Assembly (NCBI RefSeq): GCF_003334305.1
Contig: NZ_QOWS01000026.1
Length of the DNA: 64,000 nt
DNA from: Escherichia coli
GTDB lineage: Bacteria; Pseudomonadota; Gammaproteobacteria; Enterobacterales; Enterobacteriaceae
Reading direction: 5' to 3' (one strand)
Below are positions 51,014-61,331 of this stretch, one piece after another. Made by a program: the position numbers and the translations under genes. The number at the start of each line of letters is the position of its first letter. Positions within the stretch are counted from its first letter, which is position 1. The notes beneath the pieces were generated by a model. That model was not told where the DNA came from. It did no database searches and saw nothing but the letters and a program-made list of their open reading frames with translations.

Positions 51014-51124
51014 ATGCTGGAATCAATAATTAATCTGGTATCGAGTGGCGCAGTTGACAGCCACACACCGCAAACTGCCGTTGCTGCCGTGCTGTGTGCC
51101 GCAATGATTGGGCTGTTTAGTTGA
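51014..51124 (+). CDS. yshB: Small protein YshB (36 aa)
   Basis: Below the track threshold. ggggagag-N5-ATG is followed by MLESIINLVSSGAVDSHTPQTAVAAVLCAAMIGLFS*. I recall yshB at this position, between glnG and hemN. Confidence 0.7.
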   Translation: MLESIINLVSSGAVDSHTPQTAVAAVLCAAMIGLFS

Positions 51125-51156
51125 GTTTCAGATTGCTGATGAAGTGCTCTTTGTTC

Positions 51157-51247
51157 ATGCCGGATGCGGCGTGAACGCCTTATCCGGCCTACAAAAGCAA
51201 TATTTTCAACAGGTTTTGTAGGCCTGATAAGCGTAGCGCATCAGGCA
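51157..51247. repeat. BIME: two inverted REP elements
   Basis: atgccggatgcggcgtgaacgccttatccggcctaca ... tgtaggcctgataagcgtagcgcatcaggca. Confidence 0.88.
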
Positions 51248-51313
51248 ATCTTGTTCTCAGCACATTGATGGCGCTTTCGTTTTCTACTTTGTAAACGAAG
51301 CGCCATTCACTAT

Positions 51314-52687
51314 TTAAATCACCCGTGAGAACTGCTGCATCCGCGCTTTCTGGCGCAGATAGGTATCAAAGCACATGCAAATGTTGCGGATCAGCAAGCG
51401 ACCTTTCGCCGTCACCTGTATTCCCTTCTCATCCACATCCACCAGCCCATCTTTTGCTAACGGGGCGAGCAGCTTGAGATCTTCCGCAAAGTAATCAGCG
51501 AAGTGCAAATCCCACTGTTTCTCAATAGGGGCGTAATCCAGACGGAAGTTGCAGATGAGCGACTTAATCACATCGCGGCGAATACAGTCATCACGCGTTA
51601 GCGCAATACCACGCCACAGCGCATTGCCTTGTTCATCCACTTGCTGATAGTACTGCTTCAACTCTTTCTGGTTCTGCGCGTAGCAGTCGCCAATCATGCT
51701 GATGGCGGAAACGCCCATCCCCAGCAGATCGGTATCGCCCTGAGTGGTGTAGCCCTGGAAGTTACGATGCAGCACGCCTTCACGCTGGGCCACCGCCAGC
51801 TCGTCATCCGGACGGGCAAAGTGATCCATACCGATAAACTGATAGCCCGATTGCGTCAGGAAGGCGATGGTTTCCTGCAGGATATCGAGTTTTTGCTGCG
51901 GACTCGGCAGGTCAGCATCTTTGATTTTGCGCTGAGCAGCAAAAATGGTCGGCAGATGCGCGTAGTTAAAGACACTCAGACGATCGGGGTTCAGCTCCGC
52001 CACACGTTTCAGGGTAAAGGCGAAACTCTCCGGCGTCTGTTTCGGCAGGCCGTAAATCAGGTCGATGTTGGTGGAGGTAAAACCAATCTCACGCGCATGG
52101 TTAAGCAGTGCAAAGATGAACTCTTCATCCTGCTCGCGGTTAACCAGACGTTGCACTTCTTTGTTGAAGTCCTGCACGCCCATGCTCAGGCGATTAAAGC
52201 CTTCGGCGCGTAAATGATCGAGTACATCCAGTTCGATTTCCCGCGGATCGACTTCGATCGAAATCTCCGCATCGGCATTGAACTGGAAGTTTTCGCGCAG
52301 CAGCTTCATCAGGCGGCTGATTTGCGCTTTATTCAGATACGTCGGCGTTCCGCCGCCCCAGTGCAATTGGCTGACGTGACGCCCGGCGAACAGCGGTGCA
52401 CGATGGACGATTTCTTGCTCCAGCGCGTCCAGATACTGATCGGCCTTGTGCTGCTGGCGAGTAACAATCTTATTGCAACCGCAGAAGTAACAAAGCTTAT
52501 GGCAGAACGGGATATGTACGTAGAGAGATAATGGACGCTCAGGATAGCGCGCCACGGCTTGTAAAAACGCCTGTTCGCCGAAGTCTTCTGAAAACTCCAG
52601 CGCGGTCGGGTACGAGGTGTATCGTGGCCCGGAATAGTTATATTTCTGGATCAGGGCCAGATCCCAGTCGATTTGCTGTACAGACAT
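51314..52687 (-). CDS. hemN: Oxygen-independent coproporphyrinogen III dehydrogenase (radical SAM)
   Basis: Track ORF 51314..52693. The ATG at 52687 follows aaggag. It reads MSVQQIDWDLALIQKYNYSGPRYTSYPTA...HIPFCHKLCYFCGC (CxxxCxxC), 457 aa. Confidence 0.96.
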   Translation of the reverse strand: MSVQQIDWDLALIQKYNYSGPRYTSYPTALEFSEDFGEQAFLQAVARYPERPLSLYVHIPFCHKLCYFCGCNKIVTRQQHKADQYLDALEQEIVHRAPLFAGRHVSQLHWGGGTPTYLNKAQISRLMKLLRENFQFNADAEISIEVDPREIELDVLDHLRAEGFNRLSMGVQDFNKEVQRLVNREQDEEFIFALLNHAREIGFTSTNIDLIYGLPKQTPESFAFTLKRVAELNPDRLSVFNYAHLPTIFAAQRKIKDADLPSPQQKLDILQETIAFLTQSGYQFIGMDHFARPDDELAVAQREGVLHRNFQGYTTQGDTDLLGMGVSAISMIGDCYAQNQKELKQYYQQVDEQGNALWRGIALTRDDCIRRDVIKSLICNFRLDYAPIEKQWDLHFADYFAEDLKLLAPLAKDGLVDVDEKGIQVTAKGRLLIRNICMCFDTYLRQKARMQQFSRVI

Positions 52688-52875
52688 GCTCACTCCTTCC
52701 GATGGCGTCTCTGGCGGCTACGGCGTACCGGCGGATGCCCGTTTCGGGTCATCAGCCGGTTGCGCAGCCACTTTTGTCGCCGCGACAACCGCTGTAGTTT
52801 AACGAATAACCACACCAGATAACATATAACCGGAAGGGTTATCAGCAGAACGGGAAGGCCCACGGCGGCAATCCG

Positions 52876-53385
52876 TTAGTTGCCCCGCAGCAGACGCATC
52901 ATGTCTTCTTGCTTCTCGTCTTCTTCCTCTTCTTCGTCATCGTCATAAGAGAGGCCGAGTTTCTGCATCAACTCATCAATACGATCCAGTTTAGCATCCA
53001 CCCAGGATTGCTCTTCGGCACTCAGGGTTTCGCCTGCTTCCAGACGTTCCAGCAGCGCATCCAGACGCTCATCCGTTTCCAGTAATTCCAACTCCGCCTG
53101 CGGTGAAAGCATAGGTTTCTCACTCTTCGGTTTGTGCTGTTTGGTGACTTTTTCAGTCACGCCCAATGGAATAGGGGTTTTACTGCCAATACGTGGATCT
53201 TTTGGTGCGTTCTGGCCTTTGCTGCCTGACGTGGTGTTTCCGCCCGCTGCGCGGCTGCCCGGCGCATGACCACGACGTTTTTTCTGACGCTTGCGATCAC
53301 GAGCTTCCTGATCCAGCTCCTCGCGTGTTTTTCGACGCGCTTTTGCATGACCTTTGCTGCGTGAGTTTGAAGATGATGGTTTCAT
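52876..53385 (-). CDS. yihI: Der GTPase-activating protein YihI
   Basis: Track ORF 52876..53448. From the internal Met it reads [40 protein letters not shown]..., 169 aa, with a basic N-terminus and an acidic C-terminus. Confidence 0.9.
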   Translation of the reverse strand: MKPSSSNSRSKGHAKARRKTREELDQEARDRKRQKKRRGHAPGSRAAGGNTTSGSKGQNAPKDPRIGSKTPIPLGVTEKVTKQHKPKSEKPMLSPQAELELLETDERLDALLERLEAGETLSAEEQSWVDAKLDRIDELMQKLGLSYDDDEEEEEDEKQEDMMRLLRGN

Positions 53386-53452
53386 AATGGTTCGTCTTTT
53401 AGCCGTTTTATTCAGTATAGATTTGCGGCGGAATCTAACAGAAAGCAAGCAA

Positions 53453-53696
53453 AGAAAAAAGGCGACAGATTACTCTGTCGCCTTTTTTCCTGACTCATAA
53501 CCCTTAACGGGTCTTACAATCCTTGCAGGCCGCCAACACACCCTGTTTTTCCTTTAGCCGGAACAATCCGTGTTGATTCCATTTCCGTTTAATTACGTCT
53601 CCGGACGTTTGTCTTCCTGACAATCCTCTGTCTTCGCCTCCTGGCGCTCCTGACCCTCATCCTGAGTCATTGTTCCTGTTAGCGTCCTCGCTCTAT
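53453..53696 (-). ncRNA. csrC: CsrC, the CsrA-sequestering sRNA
   Basis: The minus strand reads ATAGAGCGAGGACGCTAACAGGAACAATGACTCAGGATGAGGGTCAGGAGCGCCAGGAGG... and carries 14 GGA motifs (counted by hand). It ends in the terminator ggcgacag-agtaatc-tgtcgcc plus a T run. It lies in the yihA-yihI intergenic region, as known for csrC. Confidence 0.92.
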
Positions 53697-53966
53697 GGGT
53701 GCTACTTTACGCCTTTGCTTTAAACAAACAATCAACCGCCATCAGTATTTGCACATTTTCAGAGTTTTATATAAAAGCAATTCACTGATTTATATAGCTT
53801 ATTTGACATGCATCGCAGAATTTTCTCTGCTATTTCGCATAAAGACTATCGGCAATGTCTCACAAAGCGTATGGCTTTTACTTACAACGCTCACGCCGAA
53901 AAATCCGCCTTTTATTATGGTTCAGGTATAATCGCCACAAAGCTTTGACTGACGGAGACGACCGCT

Positions 53967-54599
53967 TTGACTAATTTGAATTATCAACAGACGCATTTTG
54001 TGATGAGTGCGCCTGATATTCGCCACCTACCTTCCGATACCGGAATTGAAGTGGCTTTTGCAGGCCGTTCCAACGCAGGTAAATCCAGCGCGCTGAACAC
54101 GCTGACTAACCAGAAAAGCCTGGCTCGTACCTCAAAAACCCCAGGGCGCACCCAGCTTATCAACCTGTTTGAAGTGGCTGACGGCAAGCGTCTGGTTGAC
54201 TTGCCTGGGTACGGTTATGCGGAAGTCCCGGAAGAGATGAAGCGCAAATGGCAGCGTGCGCTCGGCGAATACCTCGAAAAACGTCAGAGCCTGCAAGGTC
54301 TGGTGGTGCTAATGGATATTCGCCATCCGCTGAAAGATTTGGATCAGCAGATGATTGAGTGGGCGGTAGACAGCAATATCGCCGTTCTGGTGCTGCTGAC
54401 CAAAGCGGACAAACTGGCAAGCGGCGCACGTAAAGCGCAATTGAATATGGTGCGTGAAGCTGTACTGGCGTTTAACGGTGATGTGCAGGTTGAAACGTTT
54501 TCTTCGTTGAAGAAACAAGGCGTGGACAAGCTGCGGCAGAAACTGGATACCTGGTTTAGCGAGATGCAGCCTGTAGAAGAAACGCAGGACGGCGAATAA
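53967..54599 (+). CDS. engB: Ribosome-biogenesis GTPase EngB (YihA)
   Basis: 210 aa with a TTG start, [44 protein letters not shown] (G1 motif). Confidence 0.93.
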
Positions 54600-54618
54600 T
54601 TTTCTTGCCTTAATGCTT

Positions 54619-54700
54619 GTGCCGGATGTGGCGTATCCGGCCCGTAAATTCAATAGATTACAATTCTACCGTTGGCCTGATAAACATAGCGCATCAGGCA
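54619..54700. repeat. REP-like elements
   Basis: gtgccggatgtggcgtatccggccc and ttggcctgataaacatagcgcatcaggca. Confidence 0.7.
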
Positions 54701-54724
54701 TTACGGATCTTTTCTTTCGCCCAA

Positions 54725-54833
54725 TAAAAAACGCCCCAGTCATTACTGACTGGGGCGGCTAAAATATTCAGCCAAATCCGATTACGTGAAGTAAAAGGTC
54801 TGAAAGATAGAACATCTTACCTCTGTACCCTAC
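54725..54833 (-). ncRNA. spf: Spot 42 sRNA
   Basis: The minus strand reads GTAGGGTACAGAGGTAAGATGTTCTATCTTTCAGACCTTTTACTTCACGTAATCGGATTTGGCTGAATATTTTAGCCGCCCCAGTCAGTAATGACTGGGGCGTTTTTTATT, which is the Spot 42 sequence as I recall it. It lies between polA and yihA. Confidence 0.95.
54768..54815 (-). CDS. spfP: 15-aa ORF inside Spot 42 (SpfP)
   Basis: ATGTTCTATCTTTCAGACCTTTTACTTCACGTAATCGGATTTGGCTGA encodes MFYLSDLLLHVIGFG*, preceded by GAGGTAAG. I recall it reported as a translated small protein. Confidence 0.6.
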   Translation of the reverse strand: MFYLSDLLLHVIGFG

Positions 54834-54980
54834 GCGACTAACTTTACTCTTTTTTGTTCAGTTCAGAAAGCACTTTTTGTAATTTTTTTTCAGTTGTTGC
54901 ATAGGAATTTCTAATAGCCATCACAAAACGTGACAGCTTATGTTGCTTACTTACGAAAAAAGGGCATGTTCAGGCGAATC

Positions 54981-57767
54981 TTAGTGCGCCTGATCCCAGT
55001 TTTCGCCACTCCCCACTTCCACCAGCAACGGCACATCCAGACGGGTACAGTTTTCCATCAGTTGATGAATCTGCTTCGCGACGGCATCAACATCATCTTT
55101 ATGAACTTCAAATACCAGTTCATCGTGTACCTGCATGATCATACGTACACGCGGTTGCTCAGCCTGTAACCACGCATCAACGGCAATCATCGCCCGTTTG
55201 ATAATGTCGGCGGCGGTTCCCTGCATTGGCGCGTTAATGGCTGCACGTTCAGCCGCTGCACGACGAGCACCATTGCTGGATTTGATATCCGGCAGATACA
55301 GACGGCGTCCGTCCAGCGTTTCAACGTAGCCCTGCTCTTTCGCCTGAGCACGGGTGCGTTCCATATACTCCAGCACGCCAGGGTAGCGTTCGAAGTAAAG
55401 GTCCATGTACTTCTGCGCTTCTTTACGTGGAATGTTCAATTGCCGCGCCAGACCGAAAGCACTCATGCCATAAATCAGACCAAAGTTGATCGCTTTCGCG
55501 CTACGGCGTTGCTCGCTGGTGACGGTTTCCAGTGGCAAACCAAACACTTCTGCCGCCGTTGCCCGGTGGATATCTTTTCCTTCCGCGAATGCGGTCAGCA
55601 AGCCTTTGTCACGCGAGAGATGCGCCATAATGCGCAGTTCAATCTGCGAGTAGTCCGCTGAGACAATCACATAATCCTCTGGCGCAATAAACGCCTGGCG
55701 GATACGACGACCTTCTTCATTACGCACCGGAATGTTTTGCAGGTTAGGATCGGTTGACGATAAACGTCCCGTTGCAGTTACTGCCTGGTGATAAGAGGTA
55801 TGCACACGCCCGGTTTTCGGGTTGATCATCAGCGGCAGCTTGTCGGTGTAAGTCGACTTTAGCTTCGCCAGACCACGATACTCCAGAATCACTTTTGGCA
55901 ACGGATAGTCCAGCGCCAGTTCTTCCAGTACCTCTTCCGACGTTGACGGCGCGCCACCCGGCGTTTTCTTCAGCGGTTTAATGCCCTGTTTTTCAAACAG
56001 AATGGTTTGTAACTGCTTGGTGGAAGAAAGGTTAAATTCCTCACCTGCAATTTCATGCGCTTTCTTTTCCAGCTCAGCCAGACGAAGGGTGAGCTCTTCA
56101 GAATGATTGTGCAGCACTTTCGGATCGATCTTCACACCGTTACGTTCAATGCGTGAAAGCACCGGCACCAGCGGCATTTCGATATTCTCGAAGACGTTCA
56201 ACGGCCCTTTGTGTTTTTGCAGATCTGGCCACATTTTCAGATGCAACTGCAAGGTGACATCTGCATCTTCGGCGGCGTAACGTCCGGCTTCTTCGAGGGC
56301 AATCTGGTTAAAGGTCAGTTGATTTTTGCCTTTACCCGCAATCTCTTCAAAAGTGATGGTTTTGTGCTTCAACCAACGTTCCGCGAGGCTGTCCATATCG
56401 TGACGCCCGGCAACGCTATTGAGAATGTAGGACTCCAGCATGGTATCAAACGCAATCCCACGCAGCTCAATGCCGTAATTCGCCAGAATACCGCGATCGT
56501 ATTTCAGGTTTTGCCCGACCTTCAGCGCCTTTTCATCTTCCAGCAGCGGTTTTAGCAACTCGAGTGCACGCTCGCGAGAGATTTGATCGGGCGCGTCAAG
56601 ATAATCATGAGCAACCGGAATATATGCCGCTACGCCTGGCTCGATAGCAAAAGAAAGCCCGACCAGGTTAGCAGAGATGTTATCAAGGCTGTCGGTTTCG
56701 GTATCAAATGCAAATACCGGCGCTTTTTCCAGCTTCGCAATCCACGCTTTCAGTGTTTCTTCATCAAGGATGGTGACGTAGTTGTCATAAGAAATCACCG
56801 TTGCCGTCACTTCTGGTGCTTCGTCTGCAACACTGGTTTCCTGTGGCTTCGCGGCTGGTTTTGCCCCTTTGGCCTGTAACCATTTGCCCGCTTCGACATC
56901 AGCAGTCCAGCGTTTGAACTCATACTTTTTGAACAGCCCCAACAACTCTTCCGCTGCCGGTTGCTGCACTTCCAGTTGTTCACAGGTCAGCTCCAGTTCA
57001 ACGTCGGTTTTAATCGTCGCCAGCTGGTATGAGAGATAAGCAACTTCTTTGTTTTGCTCGAGCTTCGCTGCCATTGTTTTCGCGCCACGGAAGCTCAACC
57101 CAGCAATTTTTTCTGGCTCGGCATACAGCGTATCCAGCCCGCCCAGACCTTGCAGCAATGCCTGCGCGGTTTTTTCACCGACGCCCGGTACGCCAGGAAT
57201 GTTATCGGAGGAGTCACCCATCAGCGCCAGGAAATCGATGATCAGTTCTGGCGGCACGCCGTACTTATTCACCACCTCTTCCGGTCCGAGGATGGTATTC
57301 GTCATGGTATTGATAAGCGTAATATTTGGCGTCACCAGCTGCGCCATATCTTTATCGCCAGTGCTGATCAGCACCGGACGCCCGGCTTTTTCGGCTTCGC
57401 GCGCCAGAGTACCGATAACGTCGTCCGCTTCTACGCCAGAAACCGCCAGCAGCGGCAGTCCCATCGCTTTAACCATCGCGTGCAGGGGTTCGATTTGTGC
57501 TCGCAGATCGTTCGGCATTGGCGGGCGATGTGATTTGTAATGTTCAAACAGTTCATCACGAAAGGTTTTTCCCTTGGCGTCAAAGACCACCGCTGCATGC
57601 GTCGGTTTATATTGCATGATCAGACTGCGCAGCATGTTGAGGACACCATACATCGCACCGGTCGGCTCGCCTGCGCTGTTAGTCAGCGGGGGAAACGCGT
57701 GATATGCGCGATAAAGATAAGATGAACCATCTACAAGGATAAGTGGATTTTGGGGGATCTGAACCAT
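54981..57767 (-). CDS. polA: DNA polymerase I
   Basis: 928 aa, [41 protein letters not shown]..., with 5'-nuclease, 3'-5' exonuclease and polymerase domains. Confidence 0.98.
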   Translation of the reverse strand: MVQIPQNPLILVDGSSYLYRAYHAFPPLTNSAGEPTGAMYGVLNMLRSLIMQYKPTHAAVVFDAKGKTFRDELFEHYKSHRPPMPNDLRAQIEPLHAMVKAMGLPLLAVSGVEADDVIGTLAREAEKAGRPVLISTGDKDMAQLVTPNITLINTMTNTILGPEEVVNKYGVPPELIIDFLALMGDSSDNIPGVPGVGEKTAQALLQGLGGLDTLYAEPEKIAGLSFRGAKTMAAKLEQNKEVAYLSYQLATIKTDVELELTCEQLEVQQPAAEELLGLFKKYEFKRWTADVEAGKWLQAKGAKPAAKPQETSVADEAPEVTATVISYDNYVTILDEETLKAWIAKLEKAPVFAFDTETDSLDNISANLVGLSFAIEPGVAAYIPVAHDYLDAPDQISRERALELLKPLLEDEKALKVGQNLKYDRGILANYGIELRGIAFDTMLESYILNSVAGRHDMDSLAERWLKHKTITFEEIAGKGKNQLTFNQIALEEAGRYAAEDADVTLQLHLKMWPDLQKHKGPLNVFENIEMPLVPVLSRIERNGVKIDPKVLHNHSEELTLRLAELEKKAHEIAGEEFNLSSTKQLQTILFEKQGIKPLKKTPGGAPSTSEEVLEELALDYPLPKVILEYRGLAKLKSTYTDKLPLMINPKTGRVHTSYHQAVTATGRLSSTDPNLQNIPVRNEEGRRIRQAFIAPEDYVIVSADYSQIELRIMAHLSRDKGLLTAFAEGKDIHRATAAEVFGLPLETVTSEQRRSAKAINFGLIYGMSAFGLARQLNIPRKEAQKYMDLYFERYPGVLEYMERTRAQAKEQGYVETLDGRRLYLPDIKSSNGARRAAAERAAINAPMQGTAADIIKRAMIAVDAWLQAEQPRVRMIMQVHDELVFEVHKDDVDAVAKQIHQLMENCTRLDVPLLVEVGSGENWDQAH

Positions 57768-57890
57768 AATGTCCGTGCCTGTTTATCAGATTATGGGTAA
57801 AGGATGCCACAGACAGGATGAAAACATGAGTTTTTCACCGCTTTTCGTGAAAATCTTTTGTAGATCTTCTGGATCGCTCGCAAATCGTCA

Positions 57891-57899
57891 TGTGGATAA
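57891..57899 (-). promoter_or_regulatory. DnaA box in the polA promoter region
   Basis: Plus-strand tgtggataa equals TTATCCACA on the minus strand (9/9). It lies about 125 bp upstream of the polA ATG. A second 8/9 box, tgtggatag, is at 58032-58040. Confidence 0.6.
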
Positions 57900-58130
57900 C
57901 TTTGTGCATAAATTATTTACATCGCTTTTAATTTATTATCATGCTTTTTACAGCATGATGTTTGTCTTTGTTTTTCATGCAGTTAAAAATAAAGCCATCC
58001 CTAATAATTGAGATAATGGGATTTTTTCTAATGTGGATAGATATGAATTATTTTTCTCCTTAAGGATCATCCGTTATTTGGGTCGTTTTCTGCTAAAATC
58101 TGCGCCTTGCGCTTCTTTAGCGCACTGTCT

Positions 58131-59063
58131 ATGGCTAACCTTTTGAATAAATTCATTATGACGAGAATACTCGCTGCGATAACCCTTTTGCTGAGTATCG
58201 TATTGACCATTTTGGTCACTATTTTTTGTTCCGTCCCGATCATCATTGCCGGGATTGTAAAACTATTGCTACCTGTGCCAGTCATTTGGCGAAAGGTTTC
58301 GCGTTTTTGTGATTTTATGATGTATTGCTGGTGTGAAGGTCTGGCGGTATTACTGCATCTGAACCCACACCTGCAATGGGAAGTTCACGGGCTGGAAGGG
58401 TTAAGTAAGAAGAACTGGTATCTGCTTATTTGTAACCACCGTAGTTGGGCAGATATTGTCGTACTATGCGTGCTGTTTCGTAAGCACATTCCGATGAATA
58501 AATATTTCCTCAAGCAACAGCTGGCCTGGGTGCCATTTCTTGGCCTGGCGTGCTGGGCGCTGGATATGCCGTTTATGAAGCGTTATTCCCGCGCTTATTT
58601 ATTACGTCATCCGGAGCGACGTGGTAAAGATGTTGAAACCACTCGGCGTTCTTGTGAAAAGTTTCGCCTGCATCCCACCACCATTGTCAATTTCGTTGAA
58701 GGCTCCCGTTTCACGCAAGAAAAACATCAGCAAACCCACTCCACTTTTCAAAACTTGTTGCCACCAAAGGCGGCAGGCATTGCGATGGCGCTAAATGTAC
58801 TGGGTAAACAATTCGATAAACTGCTTAATGTTACGCTGTGTTATCCGGACAATAACCGTCAGCCGTTCTTCGATATGTTAAGCGGTAAACTGACGCGAAT
58901 TGTCGTTCATGTGGATTTACAGCCTATTGCCGATGAGTTACATGGCGACTACATCAATGACAAAAGCTTTAAGCGCCATTTTCAGCAATGGCTGAACTCA
59001 CTGTGGCAGGAAAAAGACCGACTTCTGACGTCGTTGATGTCATCACAGCGGCAGGACAAGTAA
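58131..59063 (+). CDS. yihG: PlsC-family (lyso)phospholipid acyltransferase YihG
   Basis: Track ORF 58107..59063. The ATG at 58131 gives [21 protein letters not shown]..., 310 aa. The acyltransferase HX4D motif is NHRSWAD. Confidence 0.9.
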   Translation: MANLLNKFIMTRILAAITLLLSIVLTILVTIFCSVPIIIAGIVKLLLPVPVIWRKVSRFCDFMMYCWCEGLAVLLHLNPHLQWEVHGLEGLSKKNWYLLICNHRSWADIVVLCVLFRKHIPMNKYFLKQQLAWVPFLGLACWALDMPFMKRYSRAYLLRHPERRGKDVETTRRSCEKFRLHPTTIVNFVEGSRFTQEKHQQTHSTFQNLLPPKAAGIAMALNVLGKQFDKLLNVTLCYPDNNRQPFFDMLSGKLTRIVVHVDLQPIADELHGDYINDKSFKRHFQQWLNSLWQEKDRLLTSLMSSQRQDK

Positions 59064-59069
59064 ATTTTG

Positions 59070-59095
59070 CTCGCCTCTGAATGAGCAGAGGCGAG
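59070..59095. terminator. Hairpin between convergent yihG and yihF
   Basis: ctcgcctctg-aatgag-cagaggcgag has a perfect 10-bp stem. The flanking T runs are weak. Confidence 0.5.
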
Positions 59096-59103
59096 TGAGT
59101 ATT

Positions 59104-60534
59104 TTAATGAACAAAACGTCCGGCACGAGACATAAATTCTTCTTCGCTCATCTCCTGTCCGTTAAAAACAACTTTACCCGGTGTATAACGCAGTTGCAGC
59201 GAGGCGGTATTGTTGTCAATCGTGATTAACTGAAACATCTGACCTAAGGTCATCATCCCGCTGATTTGTTTATCAGCCCGCTTTTGCGCTTTTTCCGCAT
59301 CCATTCCTTCAGATAAATTAAGCTGTTTTGCGGTTTCTGTGGCGACATTAAGCGGTAACTTCACATCAAAATTGAGCGATTTAATATCTTTGTTTGTGGA
59401 TGATGAAGATTTGGCTGGGTCGGCAATACTGATATCCAGATTGGCATTTAGTTCGCCGAGTGCGTTCTTCCATTTTACCGGTTGTTTAATGGTCGGCTCA
59501 CTTTTTTGTAATAACGGTAAATACTCTTTGAACAATGCAGCATTCACTTCTTGCAGAGCAACTTCATCGTTTGCTAACTCAGGGTGTGCAGCAAGCTGCT
59601 TCTGCATTGCAATGTTATACTGGATGATAAATTGGCGCACCGCTGAGGGATCAATAGATTCAGCAATCAATGACCACTCACCACTACCGAGTTGCTGATT
59701 CCCTTTTGTTAACTTATCAAGTTCGTAGGTCAGATTGACATTGATATAATCTTTGTCTTTAACGCGATCCAGCCTGGTTTTTGCAACGAAAGCATCGATT
59801 TGGGCAACGTCTTCCCCGTGATTGATAATGTTAATCTGATTAAATTTCGACTCGCTTTCACCAACCGGAAATTTCTTTTCTTCTAATCGCGCCAGAGAAT
59901 CAATGGTAAAACTTTTTGCCGTTACTTTGTTCATTGGTGATAATTGCAGAACAATATCTTCGACTTTGCCTTCAATATCCAGGTTAGACAATGAACTACC
60001 ATCACCATTAAAAGTAAACTGGCCCTCACCAAAAGAAAACTTTCCATACTCTGCAGGGGCAACATCTAATGTCGTAGAGAATGAGCCACCAAACGCGAAT
60101 CGCAATGTCGCTTCCACGGGCGATTTATTTTTCGCGGCGATAAATAGCGGTTGTGTCAGTTCATTATTCACTAAGTTCACTTTTGCCGCTGCCAGTGCTG
60201 GGATGACATTACCATGCATTAACATTGTGATGGGCAACGGACCGTGCTCAACATCCACATCAAATACAACTTTCTGGCCTGGCTTGATATTGAGATCGGG
60301 TGCACCGTTATCGAATGTCATTTGCATTTGAAAACGGGAATTAAAAAAGCCTTTGTCAAAATTTTGATAACTTAACGTCATATCGTAGGCATGTTCACCT
60401 TTCTTTTTAGCATCGTTAAAATCTTTAATAAATTTTTCGACACCAGGCTGAATTTGTGTACCTGTGTACCATGTGCCACCACCCCAGATTACGGCTAACG
60501 CAACAATAACACCTGTAGCTGACTTACGTATCAT
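59104..60534 (-). CDS. yihF: DUF945-family exported/membrane-anchored protein YihF
   Basis: Track ORF 59104..60576. From the internal Met it reads MIRKSATGVIVALAVIWGGGTWYTGTQIQPG..., 476 aa, with an N-terminal signal/anchor. Confidence 0.88.
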   Translation of the reverse strand: MIRKSATGVIVALAVIWGGGTWYTGTQIQPGVEKFIKDFNDAKKKGEHAYDMTLSYQNFDKGFFNSRFQMQMTFDNGAPDLNIKPGQKVVFDVDVEHGPLPITMLMHGNVIPALAAAKVNLVNNELTQPLFIAAKNKSPVEATLRFAFGGSFSTTLDVAPAEYGKFSFGEGQFTFNGDGSSLSNLDIEGKVEDIVLQLSPMNKVTAKSFTIDSLARLEEKKFPVGESESKFNQINIINHGEDVAQIDAFVAKTRLDRVKDKDYINVNLTYELDKLTKGNQQLGSGEWSLIAESIDPSAVRQFIIQYNIAMQKQLAAHPELANDEVALQEVNAALFKEYLPLLQKSEPTIKQPVKWKNALGELNANLDISIADPAKSSSSTNKDIKSLNFDVKLPLNVATETAKQLNLSEGMDAEKAQKRADKQISGMMTLGQMFQLITIDNNTASLQLRYTPGKVVFNGQEMSEEEFMSRAGRFVH

Positions 60535-60641
60535 ATAAATATTCCCTGATAAAACAGCAAAACTTTGAATATCCACTTATGCTGAAATAATGTCCAGCGG
60601 CAGGATGCATTATCAGAATGTATTTATATTTATTAAATAAT

Positions 60642-60669
60642 AAAAAAAGCCCGTGAATATTCACGGGCT
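60642..60669 (-). terminator. Rho-independent terminator of dsbA
   Basis: The minus strand reads agcccgtga-atat-tcacgggct followed by ttttttt, about 20 nt after the dsbA stop. Confidence 0.85.
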
Positions 60670-60688
60670 TTATGTAATTTACATTTAA

Positions 60689-61315
60689 TTATTTTTTCTC
60701 GGACAGATATTTCACTGTATCAGCATACTGCTGAACAAAAACATCCATATTGCTGGTATCCATGCCCTGCGGATTCAGCTGATATTTACCGTTAACAAAC
60801 ATCGCCGGAACACCACGCAATTGCACGTCAGCTGCAGCTTTTTCCTGCTGAGCGACCAGAGATTTCACCACGAAGCTGTTCCACGCCGCGTCGTACTCTT
60901 CACCTTTAATACCTGCGTTGATAAATACATCGCGGATATCAGATGCTGAACGAATGGTCTGGGTTTTCTGTACGCCTTCAAACAGCGGAACAGTCACTTT
61001 GTCTTCCACGCCCAGCGCCATCGCCACAGCCCATGCCTGAGTCAGATCTTTGCCCAGGTCACCACCCATGAAGTTGACGTGGTATTTAGTCATCTTCACG
61101 CCTTCCGGCAGTTTTTTCTTCACATTATCAGAAATATGCAGAACTTCTTCAAACTGATAGCAGTGCGGACAGAAGAAAGAGAAAAACTCCAGCACTTGCG
61201 GCGCGCCAGCTACCGGTTTTTCCAGGGTAGTGTACTGTTTACCATCTTCATACTGCGCCGCCGATGCGCTAAACGCTAAAACTAAACCAGCCAGCGCCAG
61301 CCAAATCTTTTTCAT
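60689..61315 (-). CDS. dsbA: Periplasmic thiol:disulfide oxidoreductase DsbA
   Basis: 208 aa, [56 protein letters not shown] (CPHC active site). Confidence 0.98.
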
Positions 61316-61331
61316 GATCTACTCTCTCCGA

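Noticed and set aside
53695-53931. 78-aa plus-strand ORF between csrC and engB. Similar cases are 57769..58011 (80 aa) between polA and yihG, and 52531..52797 (88 aa) antisense to the hemN start.
   Set aside because: They lie in AT-rich promoter DNA or antisense to known genes, with no SD, odd composition and no motifs. The first overlaps the csrC promoter and 5' end.
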